From contig JBBFKX010000001.1 in the NCBI GenBank assembly GCA_037481815.1, positions 64,001 to 128,000 of the forward strand: a stretch of 64,000 nucleotides of DNA, in the 5' to 3' direction. This stretch comes from a candidate division WOR-3 bacterium (GTDB taxonomy: Bacteria; Hydrothermota; 32-111). Under the pieces are notes generated by a model, which was not told where the DNA came from, did no database searches, and saw only the letters and a program-made list of their open reading frames with translations. Of the stretch, positions 11,674-20,730 are shown piece after piece. How positions within the stretch are numbered: position 1 is the stretch's first letter; each line of letters opens with the position of its first letter. The translations under genes were made by a program, and so were the position numbers.

Positions 11674-13816
11674 AATTAAGTTAAAAAAATTTTCGGAGGG
11701 AATAAAATTCCCTCCAATAAAATGGATGATACTATTGATATTAATTATTGAAACAATAGCATTATCTGCCGTAATAGAGATAAAACAGGAAATACCATTT
11801 GGAAGTTTTGAACCTAATATTTATTCTCCCATTATTATAAATAGAGAAACGGATACTTTACTGTCAATACTCTGTTATACAGGTGACTATAATAATGCTA
11901 TTTATAAATGGAGTAAATACCAATTTGAATTTTTGGATTTTATTAAAGGTGGTTGGATAAGAGGAACTGGTGATTTTGATAGTGATGGATTGTTGGATTT
12001 AATGGGAATAAATCCTTCAGATAGTAATATGATATTTATAATTGAACAGCTATATAAAGATAGTATAAGTAAAGAGTGGACTTGGAAATTGAAAATGAAT
12101 GAAAATGGGGAATATCATTGTTTTGGGGTTACCTCATTGTTGAAAGGAGATGGGAAAAACAGGATATTTGGAGCGCCGAACCCTAATACAACTTATAATG
12201 ACCCTTATGGCTGGTTTTATATGGATAGCGATAGTGATGATAGTTATTATTTCGCTTACAAAGATACATTTAAAAGAAAAGTTTATGCGATGGATATCGG
12301 ATATATGGACAATGATTCACTTTTAGATATTGTTACAATGACTCATTTAGGACACAAAGTGTATGAATCAAAGAATATGAATCAGGATTCATTTGTTTCG
12401 GTTTTTGACACAACTCTTGCTGGTACTTATTATGTTAAATTAATAGGGGATATTGACAAAGATGGCTATAATGATTATGTATTTGGTGGAAAAGCGTATG
12501 ATCAATCTCCTGCCGAATGGTTACATGACTTGTTTGAATGTGATGGTGACAATCACTATTTTAAAAAATGGAGTCGCTGGCAAAGAAAAGATTATGGACC
12601 ATCAGGTTCAGTGGGAAGTGGTTGTGGGGGAACAGCAGGTGATATGGATGGCGATGGATACGATGAACTGGTTCTTTGTGCTGGATCTATTTTAGAGATA
12701 TTCAAGGTAATGGGAAATGATAGTTTTGAATTGATATGGAGTATGGATAATGATACATTTTCCGGAAGCAGTGTGATAATGGCTGATATGAATGGAAATT
12801 GCAGAAAAGAGATAATATGGAGTGGGGAATCAGACCCTCTTCTCCCATATACATATGGAATAGATATGATGAAGACATATATAATTGAGTGGAGAATGTT
12901 AAATTCTCCGGATACAATAATCTATGGTAATACTATGGTTCCAGATTCTTTAACAAGTGATAGTTTTTTTATTTTCAACGAAGGGAGAGATACAATTTTA
13001 GTTGATTCAATAAGGTTTAAAAATCAGGAGTTTTTTGTCGATACTGAACTAACTTATCCATTAAAAATATATCCTGATGATAGTATGAAAATCAAAACAG
13101 GTTTTTATGCAGAAAGTACGGGATACTATCAGAGCGAAATGTATGTATATGGAGATAAAAACAAATATATAACAACATTGAAGGGAGGATTAGGAGTTGA
13201 ATGCAGGATAGACAGCATTAAAGCATCAGATGGTTTTGTAGCACAAAGTGGAGTTGATGGTGATGATTATGTAATAATATATTTCCATGGTCTAACCAAT
13301 CAACCAAAAATAGATAGCAGTAATATAGATAAAATATTACAATTAAACAATGAACATTCATGGTTAAATATAGATAGTGCCTACTGGCTTCCTCGAATAA
13401 TTCAGAAGGATAGGTTAAGGATAGAATTCAGAGATACATCTTCCACAGTATTGGTTGGAGATACAGTCTATCCAGATAGTTTAACAATACAGGAAACTTT
13501 ATTGAAGGTTCCATGCTTTAACCCAACAGTTGTAAGTGGTAGTTTTAGTCCGGCGGGAAATAATGAAAAAAAACTGTTAATTGAAGTTGAAAATAATGAT
13601 TTAAAAATCGAAATGTCTGAACAATACATAATATGGAATACCCTTACAGAAGGAATGTTAATGATATACGATATAACAGGAAGAGAAGTAGTAAGAGAAG
13701 AATCTAAAGGGGGTAAACATAAAACGAATATAAAAAATTTAAAAAAAGGAATTTATTTTATAAAGTTGAAAACACCTTCACATACAATTGTAAGAAAGTT
13801 CTCGAAATTTGAATAA
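11576..13816 (+). CDS. Secreted FG-GAP/VCBS-repeat protein with Ig-like domain and T9SS-like tail (true start probably downstream, e.g. ATG 11726)
   Basis: GDFDSDGLLDL, DIDKDGYND, GDMDGDGYDEL and ADMNGNCRKEI repeats; IFNEGRDTILVDSI Ig-like segment; IYDITGREV...LKKGIYFIK. Confidence 0.8.
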   Translation: MMEKQLVCQAGFIFIYLKANMEKRGVRLVLLNRIKLKKFSEGIKFPPIKWMILLILIIETIALSAVIEIKQEIPFGSFEPNIYSPIIINRETDTLLSILCYTGDYNNAIYKWSKYQFEFLDFIKGGWIRGTGDFDSDGLLDLMGINPSDSNMIFIIEQLYKDSISKEWTWKLKMNENGEYHCFGVTSLLKGDGKNRIFGAPNPNTTYNDPYGWFYMDSDSDDSYYFAYKDTFKRKVYAMDIGYMDNDSLLDIVTMTHLGHKVYESKNMNQDSFVSVFDTTLAGTYYVKLIGDIDKDGYNDYVFGGKAYDQSPAEWLHDLFECDGDNHYFKKWSRWQRKDYGPSGSVGSGCGGTAGDMDGDGYDELVLCAGSILEIFKVMGNDSFELIWSMDNDTFSGSSVIMADMNGNCRKEIIWSGESDPLLPYTYGIDMMKTYIIEWRMLNSPDTIIYGNTMVPDSLTSDSFFIFNEGRDTILVDSIRFKNQEFFVDTELTYPLKIYPDDSMKIKTGFYAESTGYYQSEMYVYGDKNKYITTLKGGLGVECRIDSIKASDGFVAQSGVDGDDYVIIYFHGLTNQPKIDSSNIDKILQLNNEHSWLNIDSAYWLPRIIQKDRLRIEFRDTSSTVLVGDTVYPDSLTIQETLLKVPCFNPTVVSGSFSPAGNNEKKLLIEVENNDLKIEMSEQYIIWNTLTEGMLMIYDITGREVVREESKGGKHKTNIKNLKKGIYFIKLKTPSHTIVRKFSKFE
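11695..11715. other. Perfect hairpin GGAGGGAAT-AAA-ATTCCCTCC
   Basis: 9-bp inverted repeat just after the stop at 11673; contains an SD-like GGAGG. Confidence 0.6.
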
Positions 13817-13826
13817 ATAAAAAACC

Positions 13827-13857
13827 TGGGGACGGTGCTTGACTTTTTGACATTTTT
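13827..13857 (+). repeat. 31-bp dispersed repeat, copy 1 (TGGGGACGGTGCTTGACTTTTTGACATTTTT)
   Basis: Identical to 33072-33102. Confidence 0.95.
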
Positions 13858-13929
13858 GTTTTTTGTTTAAGGATAGTTTAAAGACATTTTGAAAAAATAG
13901 AATACTCTTTCAACAGAATGGGAGGATAA

Positions 13930-16146
13930 ATGAAAAAGATTTTCTTAATTTCCTCACTAATTTTTTTGAGTTTATTTATTTTTGCATCGAAGAGTTCATA
14001 TAGTTGGGATGAGATAAAAACATCAGAATTTAAAAATTTATTTGATCAAAAAAATTTAGAATGGGCAACAGATAGTTTAAATGTTGCAGGAATCGGCAGA
14101 GTGCCATATTTTGGAAGTGCTTACGATGTTTTCAGAGTTGATAGTTTTGCTTATGTTTCTATGGGATACAGTTTTGTAATTTTAAATGTGAAAGATCCCC
14201 AGAATCCAGTTCTTGTAGGATTTCTTGATATGAGTGTTATTCTGGATAAAATTTTTGTTTTGGGAAATTATGCTTATGTGGTCGATTCCAGTTCTAAAAT
14301 ATGGGTTATAGATGTTTCAAACCCTTCGAATCCAGTTGAAGTGACTTCTTTTGATACACCTGGTGATGCTGAAGGAATTTTTGTATATAAAGTATATCTT
14401 TTTGTTGCTGATGGTGATTCCGGATTACGGATCCTTGATGTATCAAATCCAGCAAATCCCGTAAAAACAGGGTATTATATCACTCCCGGTTATGCTTACG
14501 ATGTTTATGTTTTTGCTGATTATGCTTATATTGCTGATGGTGGTGGAGGTTTAAGAGTAGTCGATGTATCAGATCCTTCGACTCCAAAAGAAACAGGATA
14601 TTGTATAACAACTGGTTCTGTTGAAAAGGTTTTCATCTCATTAACCTGCGCTTATGTGATCACAAATAATGGTTTATTTGACTTCAAAATGAATATAATA
14701 GATGTGACCGATCCATCAACTCCAGAAGAAAAAGGTTCTTATTCAACTTTTAATTTTATAGAGGATCTGCATATTTCGGGTGCCTATGCTTATCTTACAG
14801 AATGGGAGTATGACTCAGAAACTTATGAGTTGAATATTTTAAATATTGCTGACCCTGCAAATATCGTTCAGATTGGTAGCACTGGACTTTATCCGTTTCC
14901 TGAAAATATTTATGTTAAAAGTGGTTACGCTTATGTTGCGAATGAAGGTTATGGATTGATAATAGTTGATGTGACAACCCCGACCTCACCAGTAAAGATA
15001 AGTAGTTATGATACTCCGACTTCAGCAGAAGGAGTTGTCGTTTCAGATAATTACGCTTATGTTGCAAATGATGATTTTGGATTGAAAATATATGATGTTT
15101 CTACTCCTGTAAATCCAAACCCATCAGGAAGTTATCTTTCTGCTTCTCCAGCCTTAGGAGTATACAAATCTGGTAATTATGCGTATGTTGTTAGTGGATA
15201 TTATATTTATGATATAGACCTTATGAAGTTCAACATACTTGATGTGAGTGATCCTTCGAACCCTGTAAAAGTTGGTTCCTTTGGAGATTGGGGGTTTGCA
15301 TACGATGTTTATGTATCAGGTAATTACGCTTACATTGCTGACTACGATTATGGATTAAGGATAATCGATATCTCTGATTTAACAAAACCAAAACAGGTTG
15401 TTTCTTATTCAACCGCAGGACATCTTTATGATGTTTATATTTCCTCTAATTACGCTTTTGTTGCTGCTAGTAGTGCAGGGTTAAGAGTGATCGATATATC
15501 AAATCCATTAAGCCCAATAGAGGTGGGATACTGCGATACACCAGGAAACGCTTTGAATGTTTATATTTCAAATGGATATGCTTATATCGCTGATAGCAAC
15601 TGTGGATTGAGAATCATAAATATCAACAATCCAGCAAATCCTGTTGAGGTTGGTTTTTATGATACTCCAGGAAATGCAAATGGTATTTATGTTTCCAAGG
15701 GATATGCTTATGTTGCTGATGGTAGCAGTGGACTGCGTATAATTGATGTAAAAAATCCAGCAAATCCTGTTGAAGTGGGTTATTATGATACACCTGGTTA
15801 TTCCAATGATGTTTTTGTATATGGTGATAATGTTTATGTTACAGATTTTAGAGGAATTTACATATTAGATTTTCTATTGACCGGGATCGACAAAAACATT
15901 GATCCGGATAATAAAAATCAAACGAGTTTAAATCTTGTGGTTTCAAACGATCAGTTAAGTTATAATGCACAGAATAAGAATGAACTCGTGATTTACGATA
16001 TTACAGGGAAAGTTGTAAAACAACAGATAAACAATTCACCGGGACGATACTCTTTGAGTTTAAAAGGATTAAATTCGGGAGTATATTTTTTAAATTTAAC
16101 AGATGGAAAGATAAAGTTAAATAAAAAATTTGTAATTGTTCGATAG
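13930..16146 (+). CDS. LVIVD-repeat secreted protein with T9SS-like tail
   Basis: Signal peptide; many YAYVADG..GLRIIDVSNP.NP..VG.YDTPG repeats; IYDITGKVV...LNSGVYFL...KKFVIVR; GGAGG RBS. Confidence 0.92.
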   Translation: MKKIFLISSLIFLSLFIFASKSSYSWDEIKTSEFKNLFDQKNLEWATDSLNVAGIGRVPYFGSAYDVFRVDSFAYVSMGYSFVILNVKDPQNPVLVGFLDMSVILDKIFVLGNYAYVVDSSSKIWVIDVSNPSNPVEVTSFDTPGDAEGIFVYKVYLFVADGDSGLRILDVSNPANPVKTGYYITPGYAYDVYVFADYAYIADGGGGLRVVDVSDPSTPKETGYCITTGSVEKVFISLTCAYVITNNGLFDFKMNIIDVTDPSTPEEKGSYSTFNFIEDLHISGAYAYLTEWEYDSETYELNILNIADPANIVQIGSTGLYPFPENIYVKSGYAYVANEGYGLIIVDVTTPTSPVKISSYDTPTSAEGVVVSDNYAYVANDDFGLKIYDVSTPVNPNPSGSYLSASPALGVYKSGNYAYVVSGYYIYDIDLMKFNILDVSDPSNPVKVGSFGDWGFAYDVYVSGNYAYIADYDYGLRIIDISDLTKPKQVVSYSTAGHLYDVYISSNYAFVAASSAGLRVIDISNPLSPIEVGYCDTPGNALNVYISNGYAYIADSNCGLRIININNPANPVEVGFYDTPGNANGIYVSKGYAYVADGSSGLRIIDVKNPANPVEVGYYDTPGYSNDVFVYGDNVYVTDFRGIYILDFLLTGIDKNIDPDNKNQTSLNLVVSNDQLSYNAQNKNELVIYDITGKVVKQQINNSPGRYSLSLKGLNSGVYFLNLTDGKIKLNKKFVIVR

Positions 16147-16212
16147 ATTTCGTTTAAATGAAATGACAACGAGTTTTTTTAAAACTTACATATAAAAGAG
16201 AATTATTTTATA

Positions 16213-16240
16213 TTGACAAGAAAGAAAAAAATCATATAAT
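16213..16240 (+). promoter_or_regulatory. Sigma70 promoter of tRNA
   Basis: TTGACA-16bp-TATAAT. Confidence 0.8.
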
Positions 16241-16252
16241 ACAAAAACATTT

Positions 16253-16326
16253 GGGCCCATAGCTCAGCTGGTTAGAGCGGATGACTCATAATCATCAGGT
16301 CCTAGGTTCGATCCCTAGTGGGCCCA
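16253..16326 (+). tRNA. tRNA with CAT anticodon, most likely tRNA-Ile2 (lysidine); CCA not encoded
   Basis: Cloverleaf GGGCCCA.../...TGGGCCC-A; anticodon arm GATGA-CT-CAT-AA-TCATC; GTTCGA T-loop; C4:G69 and C5:G68 pairs typical of TilS substrates. Confidence 0.9.
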
Positions 16327-16417
16327 TTCTAAAAAGTCCCTTTATCCACTCTAAAATATTGACTTAACTTTATAATGATTTAAAATATTTATTTTAATTA
16401 ATTTAAAAGGAGAAAAG

Positions 16418-17593
16418 ATGAAAATATCAAAAAGGTTTGCGAATGTTGGCGATTCTTCAACATTAAAAATTACATCTCTTGCGAAAAGTATGAAAAGCAA
16501 AAATATTGATGTTGCGATACTTGCTGCAGGAGAGCCAGATTTTGATACACCTGATAAAATCAAAGAGGAAGCGATAAAAGCGATAAAGGAAGGTTTCACA
16601 GGTTATACAGCGGTCAGAGGTATAAATGAACTTCTTGAACTTATATGTGAAAAGTTCAAAAAAGAAAACAACCTTGAATACAAACCTGAAAATATCATTG
16701 TTTCAACAGGTGCGAAACAATCGATATACAATGTTTTACAGGCGCTTTGTGATGAGGACTCGGAAGTTATCCTTCTTGCACCATATTGGGTCTCATACAT
16801 TGAGATGGTCAAAATGACAGGTGCTGTTCCAATTATAGTTGATACATCACTTGATAATTTCAGAATAAATGTTGATAGAGTAAAAGAGAAGATAACGAAA
16901 AAGACAAGGATGATAATAATCAATTCTCCGAACAACCCGACAGGTGTTGTGTACACTGAAAAAGAGTTGAAAGAACTTGCTGATCTTATAGTTGAACATA
17001 ATATCTATTGTATTTCTGATGAGATTTATGAAAAAATTATCTATAGCCCCAACAAACATTATTCGATCGCATCTTTCAACGATAAAATAAAGGATTTAAC
17101 TTTTACTGTTAATGGACTTTCAAAGACATACGCGATGACTGGGTGGAGAATCGGTTATCTTGGAGGTGAAAAGAAACTTGTTGAAAAGGCGTTGATGGTT
17201 CAAACACATTCAACCTCATGCACTTCATCGATATCACAGAAAGCAGCAGTTGCCGCACTAAAACTTGATGAAAAAATAGTGAACAAGATGATCGATGAGT
17301 TTGCGAAAAGAAGAGAGTTTTTGATGAAAAAGGTTGAAAAGATCGAAGGTTTAAAATATGTTGAGCCACAGGGAGCATTTTATCTTTTCGTTGATTTCAG
17401 AAATTTTATTGGGAAAAAGTTTAAGGACTCAGAAGAGATATGCACAAAACTACTTGAAGATTATAAAGTTGCAGTTATTCCTGGTGGTGCATTCGGTGCG
17501 GAAGGATTTATAAGGATCTCGTATGCTGCTTCGATGAGTGAGATTGAAAAGGGAATCGAAAGAATAGAAAAGTTTTTGAAAGAGAATGTATGA
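16418..17593 (+). CDS. aspC: Aspartate/class I PLP-dependent aminotransferase
   Basis: AGEPDFDTP, GAKQ, NSPNNPTG, DEIYE, SKTYAMTGWRIGY. Confidence 0.9.
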   Translation: MKISKRFANVGDSSTLKITSLAKSMKSKNIDVAILAAGEPDFDTPDKIKEEAIKAIKEGFTGYTAVRGINELLELICEKFKKENNLEYKPENIIVSTGAKQSIYNVLQALCDEDSEVILLAPYWVSYIEMVKMTGAVPIIVDTSLDNFRINVDRVKEKITKKTRMIIINSPNNPTGVVYTEKELKELADLIVEHNIYCISDEIYEKIIYSPNKHYSIASFNDKIKDLTFTVNGLSKTYAMTGWRIGYLGGEKKLVEKALMVQTHSTSCTSSISQKAAVAALKLDEKIVNKMIDEFAKRREFLMKKVEKIEGLKYVEPQGAFYLFVDFRNFIGKKFKDSEEICTKLLEDYKVAVIPGGAFGAEGFIRISYAASMSEIEKGIERIEKFLKENV

Positions 17594-18561
17594 AAAGTAA
17601 ATATATCGATAGAGTTACACTATTTTTGCAATCAGGAAAAGGAGGGGATGGGAGTTGCTCTTTCAGAAGAGAGATCTATGTTCCCAAAGGTGGACCAGAT
17701 GGTGGTGATGGTGGTAAAGGTGGAGATGTGATCTTCAGAGTCAACAAACGATTGTTCACTTTAAACCATCTCAGATATAAACACCATTTCAGAGCAGAGG
17801 ATGGAGAGAATGGAAAAGGTCAACAGAAACATGGAAGGGATGGAAAGGATGTTGTTATAGAGGTTCCGCCTGGAACTGTAATACTCGATAAGATGGGGAA
17901 TGAACTCAACGAGTTACTTGAAGGGGAAATAGTTTTTCTAAGAGGTGGAAGAGGTGGAAGAGGGAATGTCCATTTTAAAAGTTCAGTCAATCAGGCACCT
18001 CGAAGGTTTGAAAAAGGGAAAAATGGTGAAAGTGAAGAGGTGATCTTGGAACTGCGACTGATCGCAGATGTTGGGCTTGTCGGGCTTCCAAATGCTGGGA
18101 AATCAACATTTTTAAAGGTTGTGACGAAAGCGAATCCGAAAATCGCCGATTATCCTTTTACGACACTTGAACCAAATCTTGGGATTTTAACCGATGGTAT
18201 TAAAATAGTCAGGATCGCTGATATCCCTGGGATCATAGAGGGAGCGAGCGAAGGAAAAGGTCTTGGAAACAGGTTTTTAAAACATATCAGTAGAGTGAAC
18301 ATTCTCGTTTTCGTTATCGATATTACAGGTGATATTGAAAAAACATATAAGATCCTTTTGAGTGAACTTGAAAATTATGATAGAAGGTTGTTGAAAAAGA
18401 AAAGGATAGTGCTTTTCAATAAAACCGATTTACTTGAGAATAAAAATATCAAGGTCGGAGAGATTTTTAAAGATGTAAAATATACATTTGCATCTTTGAT
18501 CAACAATGATACTGGAAACATTGAGGATATAATTTTGAAAGAGATCGAGAATTATGTTTGA
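17590..18561 (+). CDS. obgE: GTPase ObgE/CgtA (short form, no C-terminal domain)
   Basis: Gly-rich GGPDGGDGG, GLPNAGKST, DYPFTT, DIPG, NKTD. Confidence 0.97.
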   Translation: MKSKYIDRVTLFLQSGKGGDGSCSFRREIYVPKGGPDGGDGGKGGDVIFRVNKRLFTLNHLRYKHHFRAEDGENGKGQQKHGRDGKDVVIEVPPGTVILDKMGNELNELLEGEIVFLRGGRGGRGNVHFKSSVNQAPRRFEKGKNGESEEVILELRLIADVGLVGLPNAGKSTFLKVVTKANPKIADYPFTTLEPNLGILTDGIKIVRIADIPGIIEGASEGKGLGNRFLKHISRVNILVFVIDITGDIEKTYKILLSELENYDRRLLKKKRIVLFNKTDLLENKNIKVGEIFKDVKYTFASLINNDTGNIEDIILKEIENYV

Positions 18562-19513
18562 TGAAAAGTTTTTGAGACATCTGAAAGAACAGATAACACT
18601 TTACAACCTTCCAGATTCAACTTATGAGAAGAGTTTGAAGTTTCTCGAAAAAGAGGATGTCGAGATTTTAGAGAGTGAAAAATTTTTTCGAAAAAGAGTA
18701 GAGAATTTCCCAGAATATCTTTTTGTTCTTGGAAACAAGGAAAATTTAAAAAAATTTAAAATCGGAATAGTTGGAACGAGAAAACCAGATAGTTATGGTA
18801 TCAAAGGAGTAAAGGATATCGTTGAAGGTTATAAAAACAAAGATGTTGTTACTGTTAGTGGCTTTGCGCAGGGAATAGATTCTCTCGTTCATAGAGAATC
18901 GATCCAGAAAGGTATAGGAACAGTTGCAGTTTTACCTTGTGGTTTTGGAATCAACTATCCTGTTTCAAACACAAAATTGAAAGATGAGATAAAAAAAAAT
19001 GGTCTTTTGATTTCCGAATATTCTCCTTTTATTAAGCCATACAAACACAACTTTATAAAAAGAAATTTTATCATTTCTGTGATCTCTGATATTCTGATAA
19101 TCATCCAGGGTGCTGTAAAAAGTGGAACACTTTCAACATTTCTCTTCTCTTTAAAGTTGAAAAAACAGATTTTTGCTTTACCTGGTGAAATCACAAACAA
19201 ATTATCATACGCTCCAAACTATGCAATCTTCAAAGGTGCCATTCCTTTATATTCTCTTGAGATTTTACCTGGTGTTTCAAAACAGAAAAAAATAGAAATT
19301 GAAACGATTCTTTCAGATGATGAAAAAAAGGTTGTTGAACTTATCAAAAAATATGGTAATCTTGAAAATATATTGAAAACAGAAGGATTTGAAAAATCGA
19401 GAATTTTATCTCTTCTGACTACACTTGAGATGAAAGGTATAATCAATAAAACTTTTAACAACAGGATCACTGTAACGGAGGATTTTGATGGAACGGATAA
19501 TACCACAGGTTGA
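18554..19513 (+). CDS. dprA: DNA-processing protein DprA
   Basis: IVGTR, VSGFAQGID, RNFIIS, SGTLST, FALPG, C-terminal winged helix LTTLEMKG. Confidence 0.92.
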   Translation: MFDEKFLRHLKEQITLYNLPDSTYEKSLKFLEKEDVEILESEKFFRKRVENFPEYLFVLGNKENLKKFKIGIVGTRKPDSYGIKGVKDIVEGYKNKDVVTVSGFAQGIDSLVHRESIQKGIGTVAVLPCGFGINYPVSNTKLKDEIKKNGLLISEYSPFIKPYKHNFIKRNFIISVISDILIIIQGAVKSGTLSTFLFSLKLKKQIFALPGEITNKLSYAPNYAIFKGAIPLYSLEILPGVSKQKKIEIETILSDDEKKVVELIKKYGNLENILKTEGFEKSRILSLLTTLEMKGIINKTFNNRITVTEDFDGTDNTTG

Positions 19514-20042
19514 AGCGATACTTTTTTCGTCATCCGAACCTATAGATAGGGATGAACTTGCAAAAGTACTTGGAATCGAAAAAACATTGTTGTTGCAGGT
19601 TATAGAGTATCTTAAAGAAAAATACTCTTCAGAAGATTCAGGAATAATGATAATCGAAGTCGCCTCAGGTTATCAACTTGTTACAAAACCACAATATGCT
19701 GATATTCTTGAGAATTTTTTTGGAAACAAAAAAGCCCCGCGACTTTCAACACCAGCACTTGAAACACTTGCGATAATAGCATACAAACAACCGATAACGA
19801 AGCAGGAGGTTGAGGAGATTAGAGGGGTGAACTGTGATGGTGTTTTCAAAACACTTCTTGATAGAGAACTGATAGTCAAAAGGGGAAATGCTGATCTGCC
19901 GGGTAAACCATCCCTTTACCATACAACAAAAAAATTTCTTTCATATTTCAAAATTTCAAGTTTGAAAGAACTGCCATCCCTTGAAGAGATCACAACTGAA
20001 CAGCCAAAACAGGAGGAACTCTTTGAAGATAAGGATCAATAA
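19485..20042 (+). CDS. scpB: SMC-Scp complex subunit ScpB
   Basis: EAILF, LETLAIIAYKQPIT, IRGV, PG.P.LY.TT..FL..F. Confidence 0.95.
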   Translation: MMERIIPQVEAILFSSSEPIDRDELAKVLGIEKTLLLQVIEYLKEKYSSEDSGIMIIEVASGYQLVTKPQYADILENFFGNKKAPRLSTPALETLAIIAYKQPITKQEVEEIRGVNCDGVFKTLLDRELIVKRGNADLPGKPSLYHTTKKFLSYFKISSLKELPSLEEITTEQPKQEELFEDKDQ

Positions 20043-20730
20043 ATTTATTTCCTCGATAACAGGTATTTCAAGACGAGAGGTTGATCAGTTGATCAAGGAA
20101 GCAAGAGTTGCGGTTAATGGAAAACTTGCAAAACTTGGAGAGATGGTCGATGAAAACGATGAAATCGAAATAGATGGGATGCGGTTGAAGCAAAAGAAAA
20201 AAGATTTTACCTATATTCTTCTCTATAAACCAAAATACTACATAACTTCAAGGAGTGATGAAAAGGGAAGGCCAACTGTAATGGATATTTTACCTGAGAA
20301 ATTTCAAAGGTTAAGACCAGCAGGCCGACTCGATTTTGATACTGAGGGAGCGCTCATTTTGACGGATGATGGTGATTTTATAAATTATTTAACACATCCA
20401 AAGAATCAGGTTGTTAAAGTTTATCGTGCACTTATTTTTGGAAATTTGAGTGAAAATGAGATCAACAGGTTGAAAAAAGGATTGAGTGTGGATGATAGAT
20501 TTTTAAAACTTGATAATGTAAAAACTGTTTACTATGACCAATCAAAGGATAAATCGGAAATCGAGATAATTTTAACACATGGTAAAAATCATGAGATTAA
20601 AGATATACTCAAAGCACTTGGTCATCCTGTTATAGTTTTGAAAAGATTATCAGTTGGAAACCTGTCAATAAAAGGTTTGAAACCAGGAGAATATAAATTT
20701 TTTGATAAAAACAATTTTAAAAATGTTTAA
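19981..20730 (+). CDS. rRNA pseudouridine synthase (RsuA/RluB family); true start probably TTG near 20023
   Basis: S4 domain SRRE.D.LI...V.VNG; YKP; GRLDFDTEG catalytic Asp; THP. Confidence 0.92.
   Translation: MKRSQLNSQNRRNSLKIRINKFISSITGISRREVDQLIKEARVAVNGKLAKLGEMVDENDEIEIDGMRLKQKKKDFTYILLYKPKYYITSRSDEKGRPTVMDILPEKFQRLRPAGRLDFDTEGALILTDDGDFINYLTHPKNQVVKVYRALIFGNLSENEINRLKKGLSVDDRFLKLDNVKTVYYDQSKDKSEIEIILTHGKNHEIKDILKALGHPVIVLKRLSVGNLSIKGLKPGEYKFFDKNNFKNV

Noticed and set aside
14100..15870. DNA-level repeats as a DGR or recombination cassette
   Set aside because: Explained by degenerate LVIVD protein repeats; no reverse transcriptase in the window
16253..16326. Initiator tRNA-fMet
   Set aside because: G1:C72 is paired and the anticodon stem lacks three consecutive G:C pairs; elongator Met is not fully excluded
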